Source of the DNA: an uncultured Cardiobacterium sp.
GTDB taxonomy: Bacteria > Pseudomonadota > Gammaproteobacteria > Cardiobacteriales > Cardiobacteriaceae
Direction of reading: 5' to 3'
Length of the DNA: 48,350 bases
Assembly: GCA_963523555.1 (NCBI GenBank)
Contig: CAURDG010000001.1
Location: forward strand, 1 to 48,350
In this document: in pieces, positions 17,928 through 26,275 of the stretch
How positions within the stretch are numbered: the first letter of the stretch is position 1
How the letters are laid out: every line of letters starts with the position of its first letter
Notes under the pieces: model-generated
Databases searched by the model: none
The model's input: only the letters and a program-made list of their open reading frames with translations
Told to the model about the DNA's origin: nothing
Position numbers and translations under genes: made by a program

Positions 17928-19167
17928 CACCCCGCGCTGGGCGTTGCCGTTACTTAACCCGGCACGCTACAAGGGCGCGCATGGCGGACGTGGCGGCGGC
18001 AAGTCGCACTTCTTCGCCGAGATGGTGGTAGAGGAGCACATCATGAACCCGCACAGCAAGACGGTGTGCATCCGCGAGATTCAGAAGTCCTTGCGGCATA
18101 GCGTAAAGGCACTGATAGAAAGCAAGATTGAGGCGCTGGGCGTGTCGTCGCTGTTTGACGTGCAGCGCGACCTGATTCTCTCGAAGCAGGGCAAAGGATT
18201 GATTATCTTCCAGGGGATGCAGGACCACACCGCCGACAGTATCAAGTCGCTGGAAGATTTTGACCGCGCCTGGATTGAGGAGGCGCAAAGCATATCGGCG
18301 CGCTCGCTTAGTCTGCTGCGCCCGACCATCCGTAAAGCGGGGAGCGAGATTTGGGCAAGTTGGAACCCGCAGAACGAGACTGACCCGATAGACCGCCTGC
18401 TGCGCGCCGACCCACCGGAGAACAGCATCGTGGTGCAGGTCAATTTGCATGACAACCCGTTTGCCAGTGCCGAGACCTGGGAAGAGTATGCAGATGACCG
18501 CGAGCGCGCCAAGCGCAAGCAGGCAGCGGGCGACCGCAATGCCTGGGCGGACTTCGAACATATCTGGCATGGCGAATATGCCGTGCTGTCCGGGGCGCAG
18601 GTGCTGGCTGGTTGCTATGTGGTCGAGGCGTTCGAACCATCCCCGGATTGGGACGGTCCCTACTTCGGGGCTGACTGGGGCTTTGCCACCGACCCGACGG
18701 TGCTTATCAAGTGTTGGCTGTCCGGCAAGACCCTGTACATCGAGCGTGAGGCTTACGGCGAGCAGGTGGAGACGGTGGACATGCCGCAATTCTTCGATCA
18801 CATCGAAGGCGCAAGGCAACACATCATCCGTGCCGACAACGCCCGCCCGGAGATGATTAGCCACATGCGCCGTCACGGTTTCCCCGGTATCCGTGCCGCC
18901 GACAAATGGCCGGGCAGCGTGGAAGACGGCATCAGTTTCCTGCGCGGGCTGGACGACATCATCATCCACCCGCGCTGCAAATACACCGCCGAAGAAGCGC
19001 GGCTGTGGAGCTACAAGACCGACCGCCTGACCGGTGACCCGCTGCCGCAGTTGGCACCGGGTTCGGACCATTGTTGGGACGCTGTGCGCTATAGCCTGTC
19101 TCCCATCATTCGCGGACGCGGCAGTGTGTCCGTGGTCGGCGGCGCCAGGCGCAAATTCAACCGATAA
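17911..19167 (+). CDS. terL: Terminase large subunit, PBSX family
   Basis: HGGRGGGKS, WIEEAQ, WNP, GADWGF, DHCWDAVRY. Confidence 0.95.
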   Translation: MPIRINTPRWALPLLNPARYKGAHGGRGGGKSHFFAEMVVEEHIMNPHSKTVCIREIQKSLRHSVKALIESKIEALGVSSLFDVQRDLILSKQGKGLIIFQGMQDHTADSIKSLEDFDRAWIEEAQSISARSLSLLRPTIRKAGSEIWASWNPQNETDPIDRLLRADPPENSIVVQVNLHDNPFASAETWEEYADDRERAKRKQAAGDRNAWADFEHIWHGEYAVLSGAQVLAGCYVVEAFEPSPDWDGPYFGADWGFATDPTVLIKCWLSGKTLYIEREAYGEQVETVDMPQFFDHIEGARQHIIRADNARPEMISHMRRHGFPGIRAADKWPGSVEDGISFLRGLDDIIIHPRCKYTAEEARLWSYKTDRLTGDPLPQLAPGSDHCWDAVRYSLSPIIRGRGSVSVVGGARRKFNR

Positions 19168-19208
19168 CCCCGCGTCATGCGGGGATTTTTTTACCCAAGG
19201 AGTACGTC

Positions 19209-19607
19209 ATGACAAAAGACATTCCCTACAACAAACCGTCCTTCCTGCACTGGGAAGGACACCCGACCAACAGCCGCGCAGTGCTCACCGCAGGCGAGGC
19301 ATTCAAGACCGGTGAGCTGCTGGTGTTTACCGCCAAAGGCTACGAACCCTACAAGGGCACGGCACTGACGGCAGACGCCACCAAGGCACCGCAGGGTGTC
19401 GTCGTCGCTATCGCCCTGGAAGATGCGGCCAAGGGCGGCAAAGCTGCCTGCATTGTCCGCGTTGCCACGGTGATGAAGGACAAGCTGACGGGCGTCGCGG
19501 CGGATGCCTTCGACACCGGCAAGCCGCTGGCGGGCTTTGATGCCCATTTCTCGCGGCAGCAAATTGCGCTGGTGACGAGCATTGACGCGCAGCGGGCATT
19601 CAAATGA
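19209..19607 (+). CDS. Putative head decoration protein
   Basis: Small beta-rich protein adjacent to protease; AAGGAG SD. Confidence 0.55.
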   Translation: MTKDIPYNKPSFLHWEGHPTNSRAVLTAGEAFKTGELLVFTAKGYEPYKGTALTADATKAPQGVVVAIALEDAAKGGKAACIVRVATVMKDKLTGVAADAFDTGKPLAGFDAHFSRQQIALVTSIDAQRAFK

Positions 19608-20503
19608 ACGGCATCACCCTCGGCGTCCTGCGTCTCTCGCTGGACGAGCGGCGCAAAGTCAAAGGCACGGCCTACGCGGGCGGGGTGCTGTCCTACTACG
19701 GCGACCACATCGCTATTGACCTCGACAGCCTGCAATTCAGCGGCAAACAAATCCCGCTCCTGCATAACCACGACCGTGACCGCTGCGTCGGTTACGGCTG
19801 GCTGGCGCGTGAAGGCAAGGCGCTCACCGTCCACGGCGAGATGCTAAGTAATGACCACGCCGCCGAAATCATCAAGGCTGCTGACGACGGCCTGGAATGG
19901 CAGATGTCGGTGCATATCGAAGCGGGGCGGGTGCTGACCCGTCATGCGGGCGACATGGTCAATGGTGAGGCGCTGGCCGTGGATGACGTGCTGGTGATGA
20001 CCGACGGCGTCATCCGCGAGGTGTCTTTTACCCCGACCGGCGTCGATGCCGATACCTCGGCCAGCATCCTCTCTCTATCCCTGACGAAGGAAATCTCCAT
20101 GAACAAACCCGACAACACCCCCGATGAAAGAGACGCGCGCATCGCCAACATAGAACAATTACTGGCGTCATGGGGAAGCTGGTCGCGACAGGATGTCCTG
20201 CCCAAAGCTGCGCGTAACAGCATGGCATTTATCACAGAATACAATACTGCCAATCCACAATACTTTGCCCAAGTGCTTTTTGAACAAACCAATACGGCAA
20301 TGCTAATACTGAAACAGCGGCATAAACGGATATACCAAGTTCTGGAATCACGCTATCTATACAACAATTATGATGATAAAGATGTAGGGAGAAGAATAGG
20401 CATATCGGAACAAACCGTAAGAGTATGGCGCAATCAGGGGCATATGTTTATTGATGGGCGTCTGGCAGATAAATTTCCTGTAAAAGAAGCAAATATTTCT
20501 TGA
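19604..20503 (+). CDS. Chimeric ORF: prohead protease (truncated near 20146) fused in frame to a second Q-like antiterminator
   Basis: AYAGG, IPLLHNHD, WQMSV, IREVSFTPTGVD protease motifs, then IEQLLASWGSWSR...VGRRIGISEQTVRVWR Q-like region with lower GC; internal ATG at 20099 with AAGGA SD. Confidence 0.8.
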   Translation: MNGITLGVLRLSLDERRKVKGTAYAGGVLSYYGDHIAIDLDSLQFSGKQIPLLHNHDRDRCVGYGWLAREGKALTVHGEMLSNDHAAEIIKAADDGLEWQMSVHIEAGRVLTRHAGDMVNGEALAVDDVLVMTDGVIREVSFTPTGVDADTSASILSLSLTKEISMNKPDNTPDERDARIANIEQLLASWGSWSRQDVLPKAARNSMAFITEYNTANPQYFAQVLFEQTNTAMLILKQRHKRIYQVLESRYLYNNYDDKDVGRRIGISEQTVRVWRNQGHMFIDGRLADKFPVKEANIS

Positions 20504-20627
20504 CGCGCTAGCGGGGAAATACTACAATTTACCCAATCTCGAAGAAGTGTAAAGAAATTTACGCTTTTTTTCCAGATAGGCAGGTATCACCTGCCTTTTT
20601 CGCAGCCGCCGCAAGGCGGTTTTTTTA
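20500..20627 (+). promoter_or_regulatory. Second PR'-like promoter followed by terminators
   Basis: TTGACG(20500)-17 bp-TACAAT(20523); hairpin and U-tract at 20578-20600 and 20604-20627. Confidence 0.75.
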
Positions 20628-20678
20628 TGCCTGCGTACAGCGGGCTTTTTTATTGCACAACTGTGCAAGGAGAATATT

Positions 20679-21107
20679 ATGGGCTTGTCATATGAAATGA
20701 AAAAGAAATATGCAGAAACGATTAATGCACTGTTTGATGGAGCCGTCCGTGCAACGCCTGATCAGATCAATGAAACGCTCTGTCTTTATACAGACAAGAT
20801 GATTCTTGATATCACCAATTGCAGCAAGAACATTACAAACTTTGCATTCAATGTTTTCTATACATTCACTTTCTCGCATTTCACTAAATTTGCTGTTCAA
20901 TACGCGCTTGGACGATGGTTTCCATCCATGTCTTTGCTGGATGATTTTGTTAAATGGAGTGCCGTAGAAAAAGCAGATTATGAATTTAGTGGCTTTATTG
21001 CGGACTGGATATCTGAACTTACAAAAAGACGTAAATTTGTTGGCTGTGTATATACAGCTAGAGCCAATTGGCGTTCTCGATTTGAAATTGAATTGCTTGG
21101 AATTTAA
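20679..21107 (+). CDS. Low-GC hypothetical protein, paralogue of 16011-16361
   Basis: AAGGAG SD; similar N- and C-terminal motifs. Confidence 0.7.
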   Translation: MGLSYEMKKKYAETINALFDGAVRATPDQINETLCLYTDKMILDITNCSKNITNFAFNVFYTFTFSHFTKFAVQYALGRWFPSMSLLDDFVKWSAVEKADYEFSGFIADWISELTKRRKFVGCVYTARANWRSRFEIELLGI

Positions 21108-21161
21108 TCTTAAAATAATCTCTCATAGAGCAGGGTTTAATCCTGCTCTATGATAATATTT

Positions 21162-21425
21162 TTATTCCTTAGCTTGATGTAATTTATCAAGCTCCTCAAA
21201 AAGTTCTTCAGTAGGAGATTTATCGCTGCGTGCGCATAGGAAATCACCATCAAAAAATCTGCAATTTGTAACGACAGCACCAAAAAAAGACAGAACTAGG
21301 CAAATAATAAAATCCCGTAGTAAAATATAGAATTTAAGCCAGCTATCATCTTTATCTTGCATATGATAGAGCAAAAATAAACTTACCCAAAATACCATCT
21401 CAAAAAAATATATTTTTAAGAACAT
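21162..21425 (-). CDS. Low-GC two-TM membrane protein
   Basis: AAGGA SD; convergent on the 20679 ORF across a hairpin at 21123-21153. Confidence 0.6.
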   Translation of the reverse strand: MFLKIYFFEMVFWVSLFLLYHMQDKDDSWLKFYILLRDFIICLVLSFFGAVVTNCRFFDGDFLCARSDKSPTEELFEELDKLHQAKE

Positions 21426-21596
21426 TTTTCTTTTCCTTTAACTAATTACAAGTAAATTAATTGTAGCAGCTATAGCCATTCAACGCTAAGATAAAGTATA
21501 GGTGATGGCGTTTGCTCCCTGTTAATCGGACTCGCTTCCGGTTTTATAGTGTCACTACTGCCGCCTTCGGGCGGCAGCTTTTTTTTGCCTGAGCCG

Positions 21597-21813
21597 CCAA
21601 GCGGCGTAAATACTGGGTTCGTCAAGCGGCGTAGTTGCTGGATTCTCGCCAAAGCGGGAAAAACACGGTATTTCGTCGCTTTGCGGTTTATTTAACCCTT
21701 TCTCGCTGATGCGAGCTGTTCCAGCCCCCAAACCCCTTTCCCAATGGAGGAAGGGGTTTTTTGTGCATATTTTTAGGTTTGGACAGGCTCCAAGCGGCAT
21801 AAATGCTGGGGTT
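21597..21813 (+). repeat. Three copies of a ~23-bp motif CAAGCGGCRTARWTRCTGGR
   Basis: Copies at 21597-21619, 21622-21644 and 21790-21813. Confidence 0.65.
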
Positions 21814-21839
21814 CCGGCTTTATGCCGAAATCTTCCGAG

Positions 21840-22387
21840 CGTACTACGACCTCTTCACCGAGTTTGGTGTGACCGAACCGACGACCAACATGCAGTTTTC
21901 CAGCGCGACTGCCGACCTCGCCCTCACCATTGAGCAGACCATCCGCACCATGAAGAAGGGGCTGCGCGGTGATACGGCTTCCGGGGTGACCGTCCTCTGT
22001 TCGCCGGAATTCTTCGACGCACTGGTGACGCACAAGTCCACCAAGGACGCCTGGCTGCGTTACCAGGACAACGTGTTGGCGCGCGAGAACACCAACGGCA
22101 AGTTCACCTGGAAGGGTGCGGTGTTTGAAATCTACGACTACACCCTTGGCGAGACGCCGATGATTGAGGCGGGACACGCGCATGGGTTCCTCACCGGCAT
22201 GTACAACGGTTTCGTCCGCTACAACGCCCCGGCCAACATGATTACCGAGGCAAACAAACTGGCGCGGCCTTTCTACATCTCGACCGAAATGGGCGAGCAC
22301 AACCGTGGTGTCTCCATCTACACCGAGACCAACCCGCTGCCGCTCTGCCTGCGTCCGCAAACCTTGATGCACTTCAAGAGCGCGTGA
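21840..22387 (+). pseudogene. Major capsid protein (lambda E-like), C-terminal half only
   Basis: YDLFTEFGVT, CSPEFFDALVTH, YNAPAN, ETNPLPLCLRP; N-terminal half replaced by foreign sequence. Confidence 0.85.
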
Positions 22388-22845
22388 TGTACGCCGCACC
22401 ACAAGACCTCGTCACCCGCTTCGGCGAGCGCGAGATGGCGCAAATCGCGGGTGATGCCGCACCCACTAACAGCAAGCTGCTGGCGGCCTGCCTGGATGCG
22501 GCGCAACTCGCGGACAGTTACCTCAGCCGTGCCGTCGTCCTGCCGCTTGCCACCGTGCCAGCGGTGCTGGTTGGGGTGTGCGCCGACATTGCCCGCTACC
22601 GCCTACACGATGACCAGAACAAGGAGGGCGGTGACCAAGGCAAAACCACCATGCGGATGCGCTACGAGGACGCCATCAAATGGCTGGAAGGGGTAGCGGC
22701 AGGCACCATTCTGCTCTTCCCCAAAGAACGGCAGGCCGACCCGAAAGCGCCGCACCCGCTCACCGGCAACCACCGCATTGCCGTAGTCGCACCGCCGGTG
22801 GTGTTTGACCAGACCACACTGGACAAGATGGATGCTGTTCGTTGA
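22387..22845 (+). CDS. Mu gp36-like (DUF1320) head-tail adaptor
   Basis: YA...DL..RFGE, DSYL, CADIARYRL, RYEDAIKWL. Confidence 0.85.
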   Translation: MYAAPQDLVTRFGEREMAQIAGDAAPTNSKLLAACLDAAQLADSYLSRAVVLPLATVPAVLVGVCADIARYRLHDDQNKEGGDQGKTTMRMRYEDAIKWLEGVAAGTILLFPKERQADPKAPHPLTGNHRIAVVAPPVVFDQTTLDKMDAVR

Positions 22846-23248
22846 CACCCCCGGCCTTGATGCCGCGACAGCCAGACTGCGCGAGCTGGCAGCCCAGGGC
22901 AAAGACCTGGGCCCCGCGCTCGCGGAAATCGGCGAGGAAGAAGTCACCAACATCCTGCTGCGCTTCGAGCGCGAGGAAGACCCGCAGGGCAATCCGTGGG
23001 AGCCTTTTGCCGACAATAGCCCGCGCCTGCTGGAAGACGGCAAACTGCTGCAAGACACCGGGCGGCTCAAAGGTTCTATCCAGGCGCAAGTCCTGGGCGG
23101 TAGCGTGCTGCTAGTCGGCAGCAACGTCAAGTACGCCCCCTTCCATCAATTCGGCACCGTGTTCATCCCGGCGCGCCCCTTCCTCGGCGTGTCGGATGAC
23201 CTCAAAGATGCCATAGCGGACATTCTCCATGCCCACTTCAACCTTTGA
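22832..23248 (+). CDS. Phage virion morphogenesis protein (Mu gpG-like)
   Basis: L.DTGRLK.SI, VGSNVKYA..HQFG, IPARPFLG. Confidence 0.85.
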   Translation: MLFVDTPGLDAATARLRELAAQGKDLGPALAEIGEEEVTNILLRFEREEDPQGNPWEPFADNSPRLLEDGKLLQDTGRLKGSIQAQVLGGSVLLVGSNVKYAPFHQFGTVFIPARPFLGVSDDLKDAIADILHAHFNL

Positions 23249-23681
23249 CGTGAACGCCGCCTACGCGCCGATCGCCGCGCGCCTTGCGCAGGTGGACGGC
23301 GTCAAGGCAGTGCGTGGGGTGAACGACCTCACACAAATCCTGCGCGGTCAGACCACCGGCACCGATGGTTATGTGTACCTCTACTTTGACGGGGTCGCCC
23401 CGGTCGAGGATGCCGGCAATGGCCGCCATCAGAAAGTGCGCGTGACCTACACCGTGGTCATTGCCTCGCAGAACTACAACCGCGATGGGATGCCGCGCGG
23501 GGTCGGCAAACTGATTGGCGGCGTGATGCAGGCGCTGGCCGGTTTTGCGCCGCTGGACGCCGATGAACGCAGCCGGACGCGGCTCAAACCCGCGAACGGC
23601 GGGCAGCCGGTACACGCCTATGGTCACAGCCTCTATCCACTCAAATACACCCTAGACCTTATTTACCAATCTCAGGAGTAA
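23229..23681 (+). CDS. Putative tail terminator / connector
   Basis: Size and position before the tail tube; QALAGF.P motif. Confidence 0.6.
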   Translation: MPTSTFDVNAAYAPIAARLAQVDGVKAVRGVNDLTQILRGQTTGTDGYVYLYFDGVAPVEDAGNGRHQKVRVTYTVVIASQNYNRDGMPRGVGKLIGGVMQALAGFAPLDADERSRTRLKPANGGQPVHAYGHSLYPLKYTLDLIYQSQE

Positions 23682-23685
23682 AACC

Positions 23686-24435
23686 ATGCCACAACTACGA
23701 CACGACGGCTTCATTGGCGAGGGAACCCTCTACATCCGCCGCCTTGACCGCACCGACCTCGGCCTGATTCCAATGGGCAACGCCACCAGTTTCTCGGTGG
23801 CGGTGGAAAGTGAGGTGAAAGAGCGCCTCAGCAAAATGCGCGAGAACTACGGCGCAGTGCTCAACACCGTCATCCTGCCGAAATCGGGCGAGCTAAAAAT
23901 CACCCTCGACGACTTCAACGAAGAAAACTTTGCCATGGTCTTCATGGGGGCGCTGACGAAAGCACAAATGACCGCGCAGACCGTCTCGGATGAAGAAGTG
24001 GACGTTGACCTTGAGCGCTACCTCAAACTGGCGCACGGCTACCTCAACGAAGCGGGGATTGTCGTGAAGAGCCCAGGCGGGCAGACCATTGCCGCCGAGC
24101 ACTACGACATCCACCGCCGCCTCGGCATGATCCGCCTCAAAGACACCGCTGGCGTCAGCAAAGGGCAGAAAATCAAAATCAGCTACACCACGGCAGCCTG
24201 GGATGCGTGGGCGATTGCCGCCAACACCGACAGCCAAATCAAGTGCGAACTGCTGCTGGACGGACGCAACCGTGCCAACGGGGCAGACGTAAAAGTCCAC
24301 ATCCCGAAGGCGACCCTCTCGGCAGGCGGCGCGTTTGAATTCTTCTCGGATGACTTCAACACCATCGAACTTTCCGGGCGCCCGGAAGTGCCGGAAGGCG
24401 GCACCAGTCCGTTCACCGTGACCGTCAAGGCGTGA
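23686..24435 (+). CDS. Major tail (tube) protein
   Basis: FIGEGTLY...MGNATSFS, LLDGRN; no sheath gene seen. Confidence 0.75.
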   Translation: MPQLRHDGFIGEGTLYIRRLDRTDLGLIPMGNATSFSVAVESEVKERLSKMRENYGAVLNTVILPKSGELKITLDDFNEENFAMVFMGALTKAQMTAQTVSDEEVDVDLERYLKLAHGYLNEAGIVVKSPGGQTIAAEHYDIHRRLGMIRLKDTAGVSKGQKIKISYTTAAWDAWAIAANTDSQIKCELLLDGRNRANGADVKVHIPKATLSAGGAFEFFSDDFNTIELSGRPEVPEGGTSPFTVTVKA

Positions 24436-24443
24436 GGCGAAGG

Positions 24444-24596
24444 ATGAAAATCAAGGCAAGCAAGCCCTTCACCCATGCCGGGCAGACCGTGAATACCGGG
24501 GACGTGATAGACGTCCCCGCTGACGCGGCAGCGTGGCTGATAGCGCAGGGCGTTGCCGTGGAAGTGAAAGAAGACAAACCGCGAGCGGCGCAATAG
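24444..24596 (+). CDS. Small virion-associated protein (50 aa)
   Basis: Manual translation MKIKASKPFTHAGQTVNTGDVIDVPADAAAWLIAQGVA. Confidence 0.6.
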   Translation: MKIKASKPFTHAGQTVNTGDVIDVPADAAAWLIAQGVAVEVKEDKPRAAQ

Positions 24597-24637
24597 CAGC
24601 GCGCAAAGCAAAACCCCCGCGAGGTCTTCGCGGGGCA

Positions 24638-24666
24638 TTGCAGGTGCTGCCACCAAAGATTAACAT
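24638..24666 (+). promoter_or_regulatory. Sigma70-like promoter of the nuclease-PRTase moron
   Basis: TTGCAG-17 bp-TAACAT. Confidence 0.55.
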
Positions 24667-24693
24667 GATCCACCTCGCACAGGCGCAATCACC

Positions 24694-25554
24694 ATGAATC
24701 ATCAAAAGACCATAGAAAAACTCAAACAGGCAGGTTTCCCTTCCAAATGTCTGGAGAGATTGCAAAATATGCAACGCGGCGACGACAACAACAAAAAAGG
24801 GGCATTCTATGAGCGTATGTTTACCTTTTACCGTATTTTGCAAGAAACAGAAAAGCTGTTGAATGTTGAACAATCTCCTATCAATAGCGACATTCTTTTC
24901 AGCAATGCGGAACTGGCATTTGTGGATGACCTTTGCATCACTTTCTCTGAAAAGAAAGAGCGCTACCAGCTAAAAAATTCCCCTACGGCAGGCAAGGCAG
25001 ACAAATTGCACGAAGTGTTTGATGACCAAAAGCGCATGGATGAATGCCTGCAACAATCGGCACAATCCTTTTTGGTATGTAGCGACGAAAAAACCGTTAA
25101 TGATAATAATCGCGCTGGCAGAATTGCCAGCCAATATTTTCCGGCATATACCACCAGCATGGAATATGCGCGTGAGATGGCGCAACTTCTGCACTGCGTC
25201 TGCCCGGACGATAGCCAGCATGATACCGCATTGAGATTACTGGGCGCCGGAGCGGGTGAGGCGCAATCATTGCACAAGCCTTTGCGGCAGATTTGGCATG
25301 ACGTGCTACAATGCGCACATCCAAACATTTTTTATTTTGACAAAACAGAAGGTTATCCGCCGTTATTTGAGGCGTGCTGCACAAAATGCGGTATCACACT
25401 GGCAGCGGCGACAATATCGTACAAAGGGTTCAGCATCATGATTACGCCAGAAATGCGCACCAAAATTGCTGATGAAGACTGGTCAAACCTTGCCGATGCA
25501 AGACAGGTACTGGAACGCCTGCAAGTACTGGCCTTCACGGTGGAAGCGTCATGA
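24694..25554 (+). CDS. Putative PD-(D/E)XK nuclease (Cap4/DUF4297-like N-terminal domain)
   Basis: G..N.KG..YE ... FVDDL ... YQLK motif; lower GC than flanks. Confidence 0.6.
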   Translation: MNHQKTIEKLKQAGFPSKCLERLQNMQRGDDNNKKGAFYERMFTFYRILQETEKLLNVEQSPINSDILFSNAELAFVDDLCITFSEKKERYQLKNSPTAGKADKLHEVFDDQKRMDECLQQSAQSFLVCSDEKTVNDNNRAGRIASQYFPAYTTSMEYAREMAQLLHCVCPDDSQHDTALRLLGAGAGEAQSLHKPLRQIWHDVLQCAHPNIFYFDKTEGYPPLFEACCTKCGITLAAATISYKGFSIMITPEMRTKIADEDWSNLADARQVLERLQVLAFTVEAS

Positions 25555-26228
25555 ACCGCCGCGACTTGACCCGTTACACGGGAGAACGGGAAAAACAGGC
25601 GCTTAACATATTGCGCACGCCAAATGTCGCTGTTCCTGACTATCAGCAGGCAATGCGCGTCCTCGGGCAAACTTTGGGACGAATCATCCCCGTAGACGGG
25701 CAAACGCTGGTCGTTTCCACCTCCGAAGATGCCGATTACCTCGCCAAAGGCTGCATTGAAAGCCTGAAAACGCGGGAAGTGACATACAAACTGGCGGTTT
25801 TCTGGAACCATCACTATACCCTGCCCAATGGCGAAAGCGTCGCCCCCATCCTGAACCGCTACCTGCAACCGGGGTATGAGCGTTGCACCCGCATCATCCT
25901 GCTCAAATCCATTATCTCCGGTAGTTGCGTCATCCGTACCAACCTGCTTGCCCTGCTGGCAAGTATGCCCGAACCGAAAAATATCGCCGTTGCCGCGCCG
26001 GTGATGTACTACAAGGGCGAAGAAAGCCTGCGTCGGGAATTTCCGCCCGCTATTGCGGACAAATTCACCTTCTACACCTTCGCCATTGACTACGCTCGCG
26101 ACGAAAAAGGCAACGTACTGGACGGCATTGGCGGCGACGTCTATCCACATCTGGGACTTGCCGACCAGCCGGTGCGGACGGGCAAGCCCTATATGCCGCA
26201 ACTGGTTACAGATGCGCTGTTTGAATAA
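25551..26228 (+). CDS. Uracil phosphoribosyltransferase-like protein with altered PRPP motif
   Basis: L.ILR....Y.Q.M..LG N-terminus; AID..RDEKGNVLDGIGGD C-terminal UPRT-like signature; IILLKSIISGS in place of VLDPMLATG. Confidence 0.7.
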   Translation: MNRRDLTRYTGEREKQALNILRTPNVAVPDYQQAMRVLGQTLGRIIPVDGQTLVVSTSEDADYLAKGCIESLKTREVTYKLAVFWNHHYTLPNGESVAPILNRYLQPGYERCTRIILLKSIISGSCVIRTNLLALLASMPEPKNIAVAAPVMYYKGEESLRREFPPAIADKFTFYTFAIDYARDEKGNVLDGIGGDVYPHLGLADQPVRTGKPYMPQLVTDALFE

Positions 26229-26240
26229 CACAATGACACC

Positions 26241-26263
26241 AGCCCCCGCAAGGGGGCTTTTTT
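26241..26263 (+). terminator. Rho-independent terminator
   Basis: AGCCCCCGCAAGGGGGCTTTTT. Confidence 0.8.
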
Positions 26264-26275
26264 AATGGACGCCAC

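Noticed and set aside
14367..21575. Identical GCCGCCTTCGGGCGGC at 14367, 15974 and 21560 as a mobile repeat
   Set aside because: Common UUCG-loop terminator hairpin followed by U-tracts
21803..22387. 194-aa ORF as an intact capsid gene
   Set aside because: First codons derive from the inserted non-coding DNA, there is no SD, and roughly the N-terminal half of the protein is missing
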